In this document: positions 11,219 through 25,826 of the stretch, in pieces
How the letters are laid out: each line of letters begins with the position of its first letter
Position numbering within the stretch: position 1 is the first letter of the stretch
NCBI RefSeq assembly: GCF_006345805.1
Contig: NC_042998.1
Span: 49,600,001-49,664,000 of the forward strand
Length of the DNA: 64,000 nt
Direction: 5' to 3'
Origin: Octopus sinensis
Lineage: Eukaryota
The notes under the pieces: generated by a model
What the model saw: the letters and a program-made list of their open reading frames with translations, nothing else
Told to the model about the DNA's origin: nothing
Databases searched by the model: none
Program-made: the position numbers and the translations under genes

Positions 11219-14200
11219 TAATGATAATCTTTTCTACTCTAGGTATAAAGTCTGAAATTTTGTGGGAGGAGACTAGTTGATTACATTGACCCCATCGGTC
11301 TACTGGTACTTATTTTATTGAACCTAAAAGGATGAAAGGTGAAGTTGACCTCGGCTGAATTTGAACTCAGAACATCAAGCTAGAAGAAATGCCATGAAGT
11401 GTTTGGTTTCTGATTTAGGCATAAGGCCAGCAGTTTTGAGAGGTGGTGGGTGGAGATCTAGTTGATTATATTAGATACTTTGATTGCTGCTTTATCGACA
11501 TCACTCTCACTGCTCTAGGGAGGCTTGTGAGACCAGTGAGCCTTTCTAGACCTTCTGGGGAAGGAAGGTATTTGGGCTCAGATTCTAAACAACTAGAAGA
11601 AATACTGCAAGTTATTTTGTTCAAAGCTCAACCGATTCTGCTCAATTATTGCCTAAAATCGGAAATAGTATTTATACCTATTTCTTTACTACCCACAAGG
11701 GGCTAAACACAGAGGGGACAAACAAGGACAGACAAACAAATTAAGTCGATTATATCGACCCCAGTGAGTAACTGGTACTTATTTAATCGACCCCGAAAGG
11801 ATGAAAGGCAAAGTCGACCTTGGCGGAATTTGAAGTCAGAACGTAGCAGCAGACGAAATGCAGCAAAGCATTTTGCCCGGTGTGCTAACGTTTCTGCCAG
11901 CTTGCCACCCAGAAATAGTATTTATATCATCATTATGCTTTTTGATCAGTTTGATAGCTGATCATTATGCGGTGCCTTATTCTTTGGTAGTTACATAAAA
12001 TTAGAGTCTCTCTCCTCTTTATATGACAACCTCTCCAGTGATAGTGCCAAGATAAAATGCACTCTTTAAAAAGGTTGATCTTTAAGCCATAGAAGCCAAA
12101 CATAAATCAAAATGTTCAAACATGATGTAAACCTCCAACTTGTCTAGGGCTGCAGTAAATTGGAATAAGATCTAATTAATGCTGTGATAAACAACCGAAC
12201 CCAACCCAGCATGATAGTCAGAAGTTAAACGATGAAGGTGATGATGACTATGATGATGCTTCTGCTGCTACCACTGCTGCTGCTGCTGATGATGATGATG
12301 ATAACGATGACAATGGTTGGAGTAAGCTTGTGGTGGTAGTGGTGGTGATAGTGGTGTTGGTTTAAAGCCAGAATAAAGGAACACTGTATAATCTTAATTA
12401 GATAAGAAGCATCTAAATCTGGAATGGCTGAATAAAATATGGTGCACAAAATGAAACCAAATACGGACAAGAAACGAAATTCCTAAATTTAATGATGAAC
12501 CACAATGAATACTTAGAAAAAATCACTCAAGTAGTACATATAGCACTTAAGTCAACCACTGACAGTAGCTTAGTATGATGGCTTTAGAAAAAAATGTGTT
12601 TAAAGAATCTGAAAATATACCATTAACTGTACATGTGAAAGATGATAATGGTAGATAAATTATAAATGAATAAGATTTGTGGTGAGATAGAAATGAAAAA
12701 GCGTCATGGTCTTTTTCTCATCGTTTTTTAATGTGCACTTTTCTGTACGTGCATGGATCGGTTGAAATTTATCGAGGTAGATTTTCTGTGGCTGGATGCC
12801 TTTCCTGTTACCAACGCTCCACCTTTCCCTGTGCCCAGGAGGATTGAAAATGAAGGATACCACTTGCATAGCAGTGACAGTGACACTTGCTTACAATTTC
12901 CAAAGTGACATCAAAGCACTTTTATCTTTGTCCTTCATTTGTTTCAGTTATCAGACTATGGCCATGCTGGGGCACCTCCTATTAGAATTTTTAGTCAAAT
13001 GAATTGATCCCATTACTTAATTCTTTTTTTAACCTGATACTTATTCTATCAGTATCTTCCGCCACACCATTAAGTTATGGGGATGTAAACACATCAACAC
13101 CAGTTGTCAAGGGGCGGTAGGAGACAAACAAAAAACATATATATTTCTGGAGGCACATGGCCTAGTGGTTAGATCAGTGGACTTATGGTCAAAGGATCAT
13201 GGGTTCAAATCTCAGACTGGGCGATGTGTCTGCTTATGAGCAAAACATCTAAGCTCCACACAGCTCCAGCAGAAGACTGAAGATAATGGCAAACTTCTGC
13301 TGAATCTTTCACCACAACTTTCTCTCACTCTTTCCTCCTGCATCTAGCAGCTCACCTGCGATGGACCGATGTCCCATCCAACTGGGGAACATATATGTCA
13401 ATGAAACCGGAAAATTGGCCCTTATGAAGCAGGCATGGCTTGAGAAGGAACAAACAACAAACTTTCTCTCTCTCTCTCTCACATGCACACACACACACAC
13501 ACACATATAATGGGCTGCTTTCAGTTTCTGTCTACAGAATCAACTCACAAGGCTTTGGTCAGCCTTAGGCTATAAGGTGCCATGCAGTAAGACTGAACCT
13601 GCAACCATGTGGTTGGAAAGCAAACTTCTTATCACACAGCCATGCCTGCTAGATCAAAGTAAAAGAAGTCTCCTGGATATTCCTATATTGAATGCTAGGA
13701 CTAATAGAGTTAGTTATTTTGTTTCCAAGCCATACAAGTATCTGGGATCACAACATTTCCTCTCAATGAGATGTCAGTTTATTACAGATTTACTCATTTT
13801 ATAGCTGAGTAGACTGAGGCAACATGTATTAAAATGTTTTTCTCAAAAACACAACATACTGCTTGGTCCAGGAATTGAAACTAAGGTCACAAGATCATGA
13901 CTGCAACACCCTTAACCACTAGGCCACGTACCTTCAGGCAAACAGTCAAAGACCAGATGAATTAAGTCCTGTTGATCCTAATATGATCAAGATAACAAAA
14001 AGCAAAATGTTTGACTCTTTAGCATTGAAACTGGCCATATTCTGCCAAAATATATTACATGTTTTATGTTCAAACTGACCAGATCTGGCCTCTGCCATCT
14101 AGACTGTTATGTTGTTCTAAAAATAAACAATCACATCTTTTGTAAAAAGACAAAACAATTCCAAATTTTACACATTTAAAATTTATTCCATCCAATTTGG

Positions 14201-14243
14201 AAATCAGAAAACAGACATTGAATGATGATGATGATGATGATTT

Positions 14244-14281
<38 letters not shown>

Positions 14282-14559
14282 TTAAAATTATAATTTAGGG
14301 TATCTAAGAGATACTACCACGCTTGAATTAACAGCCAAAACTTGACTCTAAAACCACGTTAAAAGTTCATACAGCACCAGGAGAGAAGACAAAAAGACAA
14401 AATAAACTAGCAAAAAAAAATTATTGGATAATTCCAGATCCCAGATTTCTGGCTCCGCATAAGAAATACTTTGCCTCTTTGGTGGAATATACACAGCACA
14501 TAAATACAAATATATATATATACAACATACAAATATAAAAATATATAAATATATAAATA

Positions 14560-15832
14560 TCATCATCATCATCATCATCATTTAGCGTCCGTTTTCCATG
14601 CTAGCATGGGTTGGACGGTTCTACTGGGGTCTGTGAAGCCAGAAGGCTTCATCAGGCCCAGTCAAATCTGGCAGTGTTTCTACGGCTGGATGCCCTTCCT
14701 AACGCCAACCACTCCGTGAGTGTAGTGGGTGCTTTTTACGTGCCACCCGCACTGGTGCCAGACAGAGCTGGCAAACGGCCACGAACGGATGGTGCTTTTT
14801 ATGTGCCACCGGCACGAGGGCCAGGCGAGGCTGGCAACGGACACGAAACGGGGCGGTGCTGGCAACGGTCGCGAAACGGAAAGTTCTCTTACATGCCACC
14901 GGCACTGGTAGCACATCCGCAATTTCCATTGATCGATTTCGATTCTGATCCTCACTTGCCTCAATGGGTCTTCACAAGCAGAGTTTCGACATGCCACCGG
15001 CACTGGTAGCACATCCGCAATTTCCATTGATCGATTTCGATTCTGATCCTCACTTGCCTCAACACGTCTTCACAAGTAGAGTTTTGTGTCCCAAGAAGGG
15101 AAGGTATGCATACGTAGGCTGGCTCCATCCCATGTAGAAGGCCACGGGTTGTGGACTCACTTGTCCTGCCGGGTCTTCTCGCGCACAGCACACTTCCAGA
15201 GGTCTCGGTCTCTAGTCATTTCCTCAGTGAGACCTAAAGTTCGAAGGTCGTGCTTCACCACCTCGTCCCAGGTTTTCCTGGGTCTGCCTCTTCCACAGGT
15301 TCCCTCAACCGCTAGGGTGTGGCACTTTTTCACACAACTATCTTCATCCATTCTCACCACATGACCATACCAGCGCAAACGTCTCTCTTGCACACCACAA
15401 CTGATGCTTCTTAGGTCCAGCTTTTCTCTCAAGGTACTTACACTCTGCCGAGTGTGAGTACCGGCATTACACATCCATCGGAGCATACTGGCTTCATTTC
15501 TAGCGAGCTTACGCATATCCTCAGCAGTCACGGCCCATGTTTCACTGCCATGTAGCATGGCTGTTCGTACACACGCATCATACAGTCTGCCTTTCACTCT
15601 GTGCGAGAGGCCTTTTGTCACCAGCAGAGGTAAGAGCTCTCTGAACTTTGCCCAAGCTATTCTTACTCTAGCAGTTACACTTTCAGCACACCCGCCCCCG
15701 CTGCTGACTTGGTCACCTAGGTAACGGAAACTATCAACTATTTCTAGTTTTTCTCCCTGGAAAGTGACGGAAGTTGGTCTCAGAGCATTTTCAGTGTTTA
15801 TTGTTCCTGAGCATCTGCCACATACAAAAACC
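14560..15832 (-). mobile_element. 5'-truncated RTE-clade LINE (RT C-terminus, 3' UTR, (GAT)n tail)
   Basis: ORF 15157-15834: FRYLG, AMLHGSETW, RLRWYGHV, RGRPRKTW; 3' end CCATGCTAGCATGGAAAACGGACGCTAAA(TGA)n; 98-bp internal tandem duplication 14891-15062. Confidence 0.93.
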
Positions 15833-16439
15833 ATCTTATATATATATATATATATATACCACCATTCTGTGGGGTGGTTGGCATTAAGAAGGACATCCAG
15901 CTGTAAAAATCATGCTAAAACAGAAACAGTAACCTGGGGTAGTCTTCTACCTGGTCAGCTCTTGTTACACCATTTAACCCATGCCAGCATGGAAGGTAGA
16001 CGTTGAATGATGATGATGATGATGATGATGGTCATCATCATCATTAAAATCTCAAAGCTACAAGAGAATGTATGCATGATTCAAAATGGAGCGAATAAAC
16101 AAATATTACATTTGACAGAATAATCTCATTACTGAAGGGTCAAAGAAAATGAAAATGAATTGCAGGAAAAACAGAGGAAAAAAACCCCCCAAAATGAAGA
16201 ATGAGACTACAATCTGACGGTGCTACTAAAGCAAATATCTTAGGGACATCTGTTAAATTGAGAAAGGATGACTGAATATATTTTGGTTGGTAAAGCATTC
16301 CCATCACTCTGAACCATCAGGGACAGATGGAAACCTAATATTCATGTCACACACACACCATGAAAAAAAAAAAAAAAGTCGCAATAGATATAGAAATAAA
16401 ATAGCTTAAAAAAGAAACAGACAAATTGAATTATAAAAG

Positions 16440-17230
16440 CAACCACCACACATACATACTGCTATACATACACATATACATGTTATTATTGTGACATACA
16501 CAATATTACACATAAAGTCTACTACTTACACACATGACAAAGCTATCATACTCATCACAAATACTGTTATATACACAAATTCTGTTTTATACACATACAC
16601 ATATCATTACTATCACATATGCTATTATGTACGTATACAACACTAAACACACACACACACACACATTGTCATATATATAAACACACTGACATGAACACAC
16701 TACTATATACATACATGTCACCACTTTTATGGACACCACAAACACACACAAATACACACACATGTACACTCACATATGCATACCACTGTAAACAATGTGA
16801 CCACTATGATGTACACCAAAAATCCATACATACCATCACTGCCAACAGCAGCAGCAGCAGCACCACCACCACCACCATCACCACCACAACCACCACCACC
16901 ACCAGACATACACAACAAAGACATTATCAAATAGAGAACCACACACAAACATTACTATACACATACATGCTACCACTATTAGGTAAATCATACACACACA
17001 CACTATTATACACAGTGCTACCACAATCACATAGCTCATATGTACATACACGTCCCATCACCACCACCAAACACACAAAAAAGTTATCAAATATACAACT
17101 ACGCACACACATATTACTATATACTCATACATGTTGATACTACCACATACAACATCCACAAACTCAAACACCACCATATACACACATGCAACTATAATCA
17201 CATCTACTACAACACATGTGGTTTTCATAC
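16440..17230. repeat. CA-rich degenerate low-complexity tract
   Basis: Interspersed ACAC/ACTACTATATAC/CACCAC units. Confidence 0.8.
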
Positions 17231-17289
17231 TCATTATAGATGACTTACTAGAAATAGAAGACAACTCCCTTCCAAAAGGAAGGACACAT

Positions 17290-17760
17290 CAGACAATGAA
17301 GGTTCTGATATACAAAAAGACTGTATGGTCATGGATGAAGTTTTAAAAGAGGAAGACCCAGGAAGACATGGGATGAAGTATTGGAGGCTGATCTCAAAAC
17401 GTTGAGCCTTATGAAGGATCTGACAGAGGACCAAGATATGTTGCACATTGCTGTCCTCAAGAAAACCCACCCACTATAACAGAAGTGAGATCCTAAAACT
17501 AAGGTGCCGTGTAAAGAGCATTGTTATGGGTGCTAGTGCCATGTGAAATGTATTGGAGCTGGTGCCACTTAAAAAGCACTGGTGATGGTGCCATATAAAA
17601 AGTACCCAGTACACATAAAGTGGTTTGCTTTAGTTATAGAAAACATGCCAAAGCAGACTATGGAACATGGCATTGCCCCTGGCCTTCCTAGTTCCTGCCA
17701 AGTCATCCAACGCATGACAGCATGGAAAATGGATGTTAAATGGATGTTAAAAGACTGTCC
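17290..17760 (+). mobile_element. RTE LINE 3' remnant
   Basis: GRPRKTWDEVLEADLKTL-like coding remnant followed by decayed 3' UTR ending GGAAAATGGATGTTAAATG. Confidence 0.7.
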
Positions 17761-17784
17761 GATTGAATATTCCAGTGCACTACA

Positions 17785-18196
17785 GCGAGCTGGCAGAAGC
17801 GTTAGCACACCAGGTGAAATGCTTGGCAGTATTTCGTCTGCCACTACGTTCTGAGTTCAAATTCCGCTGAGGTCGACTTTGCCTTTCATCCTTTCGGGGT
17901 CGATTAAATAAGTACCAGTTATGCACTGGGGTCGATATAATCGACTTAATCCGTTTGTCTGTCCTTGTTTGTCCTCTCTGTGTTTAGCCCCTTGTGGATA
18001 GTATAGAAATAGGTATTTCGTCTGCCGCTACGTTCTGAGTTCAAATTCCGCTGAGGTCGACTTTGCCTTTCATCCTTTCAGGGTTGATTAAATAAGTACC
18101 AGTTACGCACTGGGGTCGATATAATCGACTTAATCCGTTTGTCTGTCCTTGTTTGTCCTCTCTGTGTTTAGCCCCTTGTGGGTAGTAAAGAAATAG
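17785..18196 (+). mobile_element. tRNA-derived SINE family B (Deu/Nin-like central domain), tandem dimer
   Basis: GGTCGACTTTGCCTTTCATCCTTTCGGGGTCGATTAAATAAGTACCAG core; about 184-bp unit repeated twice. Confidence 0.9.
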
Positions 18197-18561
18197 ATCT
18201 TTCAACCACTTAATCAGGTTGACCTGGGACTAAACTACATCAGCAATACAAATATACTAAGGTTACCACACACATTCATATTACACATGGGAACCATATG
18301 TTCTTTAATTCTGTTAGCTTCTTTCCTCAAACCACTGCTCCCTGAAACTCACTACCATCAGCTTGTTTTCCTCTGGTCTGTGATATTCAATCCTTTAAGT
18401 TTTCTATCTCTAGACATCTTTTGAATTTGTAGGCCCCTTCTTTTTCTTCTTTGCAATCCCTTATGCTACAGTGGGAACAAGCCTTGTTTAGGTCAAGACT
18501 TTACAAAAAAACAAACATACACATATGTCATCACTCAAACACATATACTAGACCCTATACA

Positions 18562-18593
<32 letters not shown>

Positions 18594-19474
18594 GGTACGG
18601 GTGTGGCTATGTGGTAAGAAGCTTGCTTCCTAACCACATGGTTCTGGATTCAGTCCCATTGCATGGCACCTTGGGCAAGTATCTTCTAATATAACCTTGG
18701 GCTGACTAAAGCCTTGTAAGTGGATTTGGTAGACTGAAACTGAATGAACTGTTTGTGTGTATCTGTGTTTGTCCCCCTGCCATTGCTTGACAACTGATGC
18801 TAGTGTGTTTATGACCCCATAACTTAATGGTAGCATAAATAAAAGAATAGATATGCTAGACCAGTCACTGCCTATTGACAAACATCAATATTTATTTCCC
18901 TTAACCCTTTCGTTACTGTATTTATTTTGAGATGCTCTGTGTTTCAATCAATTAATTTTAAATATAACAAAGAATTTAGTAAAACAACTTAGTTATCATT
19001 AAAGCTAGTGTTGGGAACATAAATTGTGACTAAGGTTTGGTGGAAGATTTTAATTCATAACTTATGAAAACAAGACATTTGTACTACAGAGCCAGGTTGG
19101 AATCAAATGGGTTAAGCATGAAATTAAAATTTTGTGAAATTAATACTTGATTTCATGAAATTATCTCCCCTGTTTTTGAGAGCTGTTAACAATTGCCACT
19201 AAGTTTTTGTTTTGTTTCTCCAACTCAAAGGCAAATTTCTGCTGATTTAGAATTTTTTTGTGTACACCATTCAATACATCGCCATCTACTAGAATTAAGC
19301 ATATAAAAACTGACTGTTTGAAAAGAAGATGGGTACATTGAGAGAAATGAGAAGAAATCACATGAGTGCAACACATTTTCTTGATATGAATGACCAAATA
19401 ATAGAAACATGAATAATTACTAAATTCTCCACTGGCTTAGCCAACCAGTAAAGTATAGGGACCAGTAAAAAAGT

Positions 19475-19491
19475 GAGTAGTAGTAGTAGTT

Positions 19492-19523
<32 letters not shown>

Positions 19524-19608
19524 TGTTGTTGTTGTTGTTGCTGTTGTAGTAGTGGTGGTGGTGGTAGTAGTAGTAGTTGTAGTAGTATTAGTAGTAGTAG
19601 TAGTAGTG

Positions 19609-19658
<50 letters not shown>

Positions 19659-19692
19659 TGTTGTTGTGGTAGTAGTAGTGGTAGTAGTAGTG

Positions 19693-19754
<62 letters not shown>

Positions 19755-19780
19755 GGTGGTGGTGGTGGTGGTGGTGGTAT
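19475..19780. repeat. (TAG)/(TTG)/(TGG) compound trinucleotide microsatellite
   Basis: Direct reading; complementary-type array (CTA/CTG) at 46457-46648. Confidence 0.95.
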
Positions 19781-19969
19781 TTGCAAGAGGAAGAGAACAA
19801 TAGTGATAATGATTTTATTTCCTGGTTCAGCTATGTACTGTGCTGTTTAATCAATTTACAATTTCATTACAATTTCATAATTGGAATTTACCTTGTAAAA
19901 TTACCAAAGCATTTCCCTAGTAAGTGAAAATAATTATAACTATAACATCTATGTTTATTTTCAATGCAG

Positions 19970-20142
19970 GTAAAAAATATTGGATAGCTGAAAATCGCGA
20001 AAAAGATGACTCTCTTTCTGTATTAACAACTGCTTATTCACTCTTAAGTAGAGACCAACATGATAACATAACAGAAGCAGAACCCATCTTCAAATGGCTG
20101 ATGTTACAAAGTAACAAAAACAGAATTTTCAATTCTACTAAG
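19970..20142 (+). CDS. C3: C3-like exon 4 (TED): GKKYWIAENREKDDSLSVLTTAYSLLSRDQHDNITEAEPIFKWLMLQSNKNRIFNSTK
   Basis: tgcag acceptor, GTAAGC donor; inside supplied ORF 19924-20193; YW, TAY, P..WL, STK (for STQ) motifs. Confidence 0.93.
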
Positions 20143-20160
20143 GTAAGCTGTTCACTGACA

Positions 20161-20677
20161 TCTATATATATATATAAAACTGTAGTTGTGTGAGTGTCTG
20201 TCCCCTTCGATTTAGATTTCTAACTACTCCCACATTTTGCGGTGCAGTTTAACCAAATTCGGGTATCTTATAGTCGTGATTCATATCGAGCCCGTCTGAG
20301 TATTAGCGCGCGTCTACGATGAGTCTACGATTTTAAAAATAATTTAACATCATTTTTTATTCCATTTTAATGCATAATTTTTCGTGTGTCGATGGCGGCG
20401 GAGTTGGCGTCCATGGTCACAGCTGCACCTGTTTGCTTCTCCCCCTTCTTCCCTCCCTCGTGAAGCTGTAGGGAAGGGAGTGTAAGGAAATCAACGTCGT
20501 AAAGCATTGTCAAGGAGACCAGCGTTCTTTTAGAACAACGACTTCATGGCTTGAAGACACCAAAACAGAAATGGCTAAGAAAGCCCGAATTGGCATCTAT
20601 AAGGGAAGTAACTCTCTAAAAATGCTTATATAGTTATTTCCCTTACAAACCCGAGCAACGCCGGGCAATACTGCTAG
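20161..20677 (+). mobile_element. Non-autonomous Helitron
   Basis: A|TC 5' end, CCCGAGCAACGCCGGG subterminal hairpin, CTAG|T 3' end, no TSD. Confidence 0.88.
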
Positions 20678-21544
20678 TGTGACATAAATTTTGATTTAAC
20701 GCAGGTTTGTGGATTGGCAAACATCAAGCTATGTTTGGAACATCAAGCTATGTTTGGTACCTGTTATAATGTGGGTATACCTATCTGGTGTAAAATGGTA
20801 TTGAACAGATAAATAGTCAGTTGTGGTTATCTAAAAATAACCTATTGCAGAAACATATTAACAAAGAATGGACTCCAGCACATTTTTTCTTTGAAGCCTG
20901 ATATTTATTCTGTCAGGCTTCTTTTAGTTTCCATCTACCAAATCCACTAACAACGCTTTGGTCAGCCCGAGGCTATAGTAGAAGACACTTGCCCAAGGTG
21001 CCACGTAGTGGGAATGAACCCGGAACCATGTGGTTGATAAGCAAGCTACTTACCACACAGCTAAATTATATATAATTTGTGGAAATGAAGTGAAGCCAAA
21101 TTATATAATTTAATGCTAGCACAAATTAGCCTATCCTATTTCCATTTATGCAGGTATTCTAAATAGGATTTGGAGTATGTTATTATATTTTGATCAAATT
21201 GAAAATTCTGGCACCATTCATTGCTTGTAAGCAAAACAGGAAATTATATATATATGTGTGTGTATGAGTTTGTGTGTGGGTGTTTTGGACTCTTGACATC
21301 ATGTGATTATTGTAAATTTGTAAACAAGCACCACTGTCATTCATGCAGCATTATTTCTTCCTGGTGAAATATTAACCTTGCTTGTAACAATTGAGATTTC
21401 ACAACATCCGGCTGTAGAAAACCTGCCTCAGCAAATTCTGTCTGATACATGCAGGCATTGAGAAATACATGGACGACAATGATGAAGATGATGGTGGCTG
21501 TTGTGGCAGTGATGAGAAAAAACAATGATTGTGATGATAGCAAC

Positions 21545-21901
21545 GACATGTATGTGTGTGTGTGTGTATGTGTGTATGTGTGTGTGTGTGTATGTGTGTG
21601 TGTTTGTGTGTGTGTGTATATGTGTGTGCCTGTTTGTGTGTGTATGTGTGTGAGTGTGTGTGTATGTGTGTACATGTGTGCGTGAGTGTGTGTGTATGTG
21701 TGCGTTTGTATGTGTGTGTGGGTGAGAGAGTGTGTGTGTATGTGTGTGTGTTTGTGTGTGTGTGTGTGCGTGAGTGTGTGTGTATGTGTGTGTATGTATG
21801 TGTGTGTGTATGTGTGTGTTTGTATGTGTGTGTTAGTATGTGTATGTGTGTGTGTTTGTGTGTGTGTTTGTATGTGTATGTGTGTGTGTGTGTGTGTGTG
21901 G
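21545..21901. repeat. (TG)n degenerate microsatellite
   Basis: Direct reading. Confidence 0.95.
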
Positions 21902-21930
21902 AAGACACCTATCATTTAATGTAAACTATA

Positions 21931-22778
21931 CAGGGTTCAGTCAATAAACTGTCAACAGAATTACGCAAAAATGAAAATAACACTGACATCCCATTTTAAC
22001 AGATATATTTGCCAAAATTACATAAAAATATTTTGAAATACTAAAGAGTAAATTTATTCAATAAAATCGCTATTTGCTTTAACCTTGGCCTCCAGACGAC
22101 TTTGGAATCTCCTGCAACTCTTCTGGACAATCTCCTTGTTTAAGTTGGTGAATGCTGCCATAATCCTTCCTTCAGTTCATCTGTGATTTTGCAAGGGGTT
22201 TTGTTGGTCTCTTGCTCAACTGCACCCCACACATAATAATTAAGGGTGTTGCAGTCTGGGGAGTTAGGTGGTCAGATGTTAGGGATGATATAGTTGCAGA
22301 AAGTGTCTGACAGCCATGACTGATTTCTCTTGCTTGTGTGGCATGGTGCAGAGTCCTGTTGCCAGACATAGGGTCTTCCTCTTGACGTAGGGGAGCACTG
22401 TCCCCTCCAGGCACTTGATGTAGGCCTCCGTGTTGAGTCAGAGGATGCGTGGGAAAATGAATGGAGGTATAATGTCGCCATCACTTGTGATCATGCCAAA
22501 CACCAAGATGTTGACTAGATGTTTGATTTTCATCACACTTGGTACATGTCCTCAGATTGACACCCAAACACTCTGAAATGTTCATATCGGAGCTTCTGGT
22601 GCAAATGCCAAGTAGTGCAGCATGTTGTTTCCAAATTACTAGCATCATGGTGCTGTTTATCTCACAGACGGTGCTCAACTGACCCTACTATACTGTCTAG
22701 TTGACAAAATCAAAAACAACCAATGCCTATGCATGAAATTAAAATATAAAATGGTGACAATTTACTCATCATACCCTG
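21931..22778 (-). mobile_element. Tc1/mariner (maT-like) transposon remnant
   Basis: TA-CAGGGT..ACCCTG-TA termini; WQQDSAPCHTS..QSWL and WPPNSPD-like remnants. Confidence 0.8.
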
Positions 22779-23027
22779 TATTTACAGGGTGAGCCAAAAG
22801 TCATGCACAAAATAAGTTCAAATACCCATTGTATTTGTCAGACATGTTTCAATTTTTCTAAAACTGAATAAAAGATAATAAGAAATGCAAAACATACTTG
22901 AACATGATGATCAAAATGAATCATCATCATCATCATCATTTAATGCCCACTCTCCATGGGTTAGACAGTTTGACTGGAGCTGCCCTTCCTAATGCCAACC
23001 AGTCCATGAGTGTAATAGATGCTTTTA

Positions 23028-23450
23028 TACCGAGCAAGTATAAAGATCTTGAAATAGAAATTAGCAAGAGGTCGAACCTGAAGACTAAAACAATACCTGT
23101 TGTCATAGGTGCCCTAGGAATAATAGCAAAAGGGGCTGATTGCTGTCTAACTCAGATATCAGGAGACCCCAAAATGGCAGAAATTCAAAAGATAGTGCTC
23201 ATGGGAACTGTCCATATCCTCCGTTAAATACTGTTTATTAATCTCAAATTTTAAAACAAACACATAATTTTCTTATGGTTTCTTAAACATTCTCTAGAAC
23301 AACACTATGTAAAAAAACCAAATATATGGCATAACACCCTAGGCATAACACCAACATGAACTTCTAACTTGTTGTCTCTTGAAGTCTCTAGGTGAGACTT
23401 GGAGCCAGCTTGTACAAATGCAAAGCAAAAGTCAAACATAAAATAATAAT
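23028..23450 (+). mobile_element. Dong/R4-clade LINE 3' fragment
   Basis: KYKDLEIEISK..TIPVVIGALG..EIQKIVLMGTVHILR in ORF 22898-23227; (AAT)n tail. Confidence 0.82.
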
Positions 23451-23717
23451 AATAATCATAATGATTTCTTTTATTTTTTAATAATAATAATGGTTTCTAA
23501 TAGTGTAAAATAAATAAAATGTCAAATGTTTTGGTGCTTGACTTATCTTGCTCTTTTACTCTTTTACTTGTTTCAGTCATTTGACTGTGGCCATGCTGGA
23601 GCACCGCCTTTAGTCAAGCAAATCGACCCCAGGACTTATTCTTTGTAAGCCTAGTACTTATTTTATCGGTGTCTTTTGCCGAACCGCTAAGTTACGCTTC
23701 TAACTTCTATTTTCCAG

Positions 23718-23885
23718 AGTACTGTGATTTCATTACAAGCTTTGGCAGATTATAGCATCAAAAGTGACATTCCTTATCTAAATTTTCATTTGGATATTTT
23801 TGATGAATTAAACCCACAAGAACAAGAAATTAATAATTTTCTAATTAATCGGAGTGCCATCTTAGAAAAACCAGCAATTTCAGAC
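23718..23885 (+). CDS. C3: C3-like exon 5 (end of TED/CUB): STVISLQALADYSIKSDIPYLNFHLDIFDELNPQEQEINNFLINRSAILEKPAISD
   Basis: ttttccag acceptor, GTAAGA donor, 168 nt; QALAxY motif. Confidence 0.93.
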
Positions 23886-24264
23886 GTAAGAATTGATAAC
23901 ATTTTTATAAATTTTATTTATTTTTTTAAATTTTTCAACCTATTTCTTTGCTAAATTAAGTCAAATGCAGACATTTCTCTTTCTCTGTCTCACATTCAAA
24001 TGTGTGAGTATACGCACGCACACACACACACACACACACACACATGCACACATACACATACATACACATTTGCACACACATACGTGCTCTCTCTTTTTCT
24101 CTCTCTCTCTCTCTCACACGCACACATACACATTAGATAATAAATTGTATGGTACACACATGGTAGCTTACCAGTAAAGCATGTTACTTTTACAGTGTTT
24201 GTTGGGTATTTGAATAATGAGAGAGACAGAAGACAGAAGATACAAGAATGTTTATCAATCAGTA

Positions 24265-25036
<772 letters not shown>

Positions 25037-25789
25037 GCGGAGGCACATGGCCTAGTGGTTAGAGCAGCAGACTCATGGTTGAAGGATCATGGGTTCAAAT
25101 CTCAGACCGGCAATGTGTGTGTTATGAGCAAAACACCTATTACAATGTTACTTTCTTTGATTATCTCCCTTGAAAACACGTTCATCGTTTCCACGTAACC
25201 TATGGTGGCATTGCTGTTTCCAAAGTTTATTTTCAATTCTCTATTAGTAATTTTACTCACGTATCTATCTTAAAATGAGCTTGGCGGAGGTCTGTGCTCC
25301 GAGTGCTTTTCTAGTTTATTACATCATAACACACTTTAAAGTCCAAGTATGGACACTAATAAATAGCTGAAACATCACGTATACAAAAAAGAAGAACTCA
25401 ATATGACTACACAGTGATTAAAAAAGTGAATATTCTATGTGTATTCTCTGTTTTCTTTAAACTATTAATTATTACTCCTATATTGCAAAGAAAGAAGTCT
25501 TTATTGTGACAACTGGATTTCCAGAAGTGAAAAGTACTAAGAATGTTTAAGCCAACTAACCAACCAACCATAAACTTTAGTACATAGGTACACAATGATA
25601 ACAAGAATTATCAATCGATAAAAGAGCAAAACTGGTGCCTGCTTGAATATCAAATCCCCATAATCAAAATATTTTTTTGAAGAAATTTTTTGCAAACAGG
25701 CCTATATATATATACCGGACAAGGATTCTGGATTATATATATATATATATACACACAATCAATCTTATATATGTATGTATATATGTATA

Positions 25790-25826
<37 letters not shown>

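Noticed and set aside
14640-14660. CUGAUGA on minus strand in RTE 3' UTR
   Set aside because: Other copies of the family read CTGGTGC here; no GAAA or stem III.
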